Assembly: GCA_965153455.1 (NCBI GenBank)
Contig: OZ234493.1
Coordinates: 15,118,213 to 15,182,212, forward strand
DNA: 64,000 nt
Reading direction: 5' to 3'
Origin: Sphagnum compactum
Taxonomy: Eukaryota
In this document: positions 63,301 to 64,000 of the stretch, piece after piece
Layout of the letters: each line of letters begins with the position of its first letter
How positions within the stretch are numbered: the stretch's first letter is position 1
Notes under the pieces: generated by a model
The model's database searches: none
What the model saw: the letters and a program-made list of their open reading frames with translations, nothing else
Told to the model about the DNA's origin: nothing
Translations under genes and position numbers: made by a program

Positions 63301-63898
63301 GCAAGTAGCCTTTTTTTGATATGGAAAAATGTGGCCGACCTAATACAAGCGATCGATTTTTGACATGAATAGGTTTTGACATATAGTTTGAGCTAACTTG
63401 ACATCCTGTAAATTTTCCCTTGTCTTTGCATCTTTTTTTTAATCCCTTTGTACATTTTCCTAATCTACAATGTGTCTATCAGCAAAGTTTTACAAGGTTG
63501 CATCATTTTATGTCAAGGTAGATTCTTGTTGTTAAAACTTAGCTCTGAAAAGGATATCCAGTCCTTACACTCTTCTCACAATTGCCAACTCACACCATTC
63601 AAAATCAAGACCCAAAAAAAAAAAAAAAGGCTAAACACCGAATTCGAGAAGTTCAACGAAATGGAAAGTGAGAGCTCAAAGGTGTTGATGTTGTAAGGAT
63701 TCAAGAAACATAGTTGTGGGTGGAAACATGGAAGGGTATGGATCAGTTTTTGGATTAGGGTTTAGGGTCTGGTGGAATCTCTATACTAGCAATAAGGTAG
63801 GGTAGGGTCTCTGCCCACAAACCCACCATGCCACTTATTGATAACCTAACATCGCGTTCTTGTTTTGCTGGCAAACCCTAAAAATAGGCCATTGGAAT

Positions 63899-63932
63899 AA
63901 ACCCTAACCCTAACCCTAATCCTAATCCTAAT
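63899..63932 (+). repeat. Short telo-box-like (ACCCTA/ATCCTA)n run, probably the promoter/5'UTR of a gene beyond the window
   Basis: aaaccctaaccctaaccctaatcctaatcctaat, followed by GC-rich sequence and an ATG at ~63990. Confidence 0.4.
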
Positions 63933-64000
63933 TCCACCTAATGCATTTCTCTGCCAGCGGCCATCGCTTTTCCCTGCGCTTCAACAGCGATGGCTGCCAT

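Overview
Eukaryotic, intron-rich land-plant DNA. The repeat types and gene set look bryophyte/Sphagnum-like, which is inference only. Two intact multi-exon genes can be built with canonical splice sites: MCT-1/MCTS1 PUA translation factor (46984-49191, +) and a probably plastid-targeted GIY-YIG-like protein (50913-53843, -). The left 47 kb is a locally duplicated block carrying three copies (A, B, C) of an unrecognised two-exon gene for a ~100-120 aa protein with one hydrophobic helix. Copy B is split by an 18.1-kb EnSpm/CACTA-like transposon (6595-24736). That element has atypical CACAA termini, 28-bp imperfect TIRs and a GCT target-site duplication. It carries a decayed transposase plus host-gene cargo: an intron-containing RAD5 fragment and an intronless F-box/Tubby gene. 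A 4.6-kb non-autonomous Mutator-like element (37-bp TIRs, 9-bp TSD) filled with satellites sits in intron 1 of an orphan MCTS1 duplicate and is followed by a PPIP5K/VIH pseudogene. The right end holds decayed hAT-like, LTR, CACTA and non-LTR remnants.
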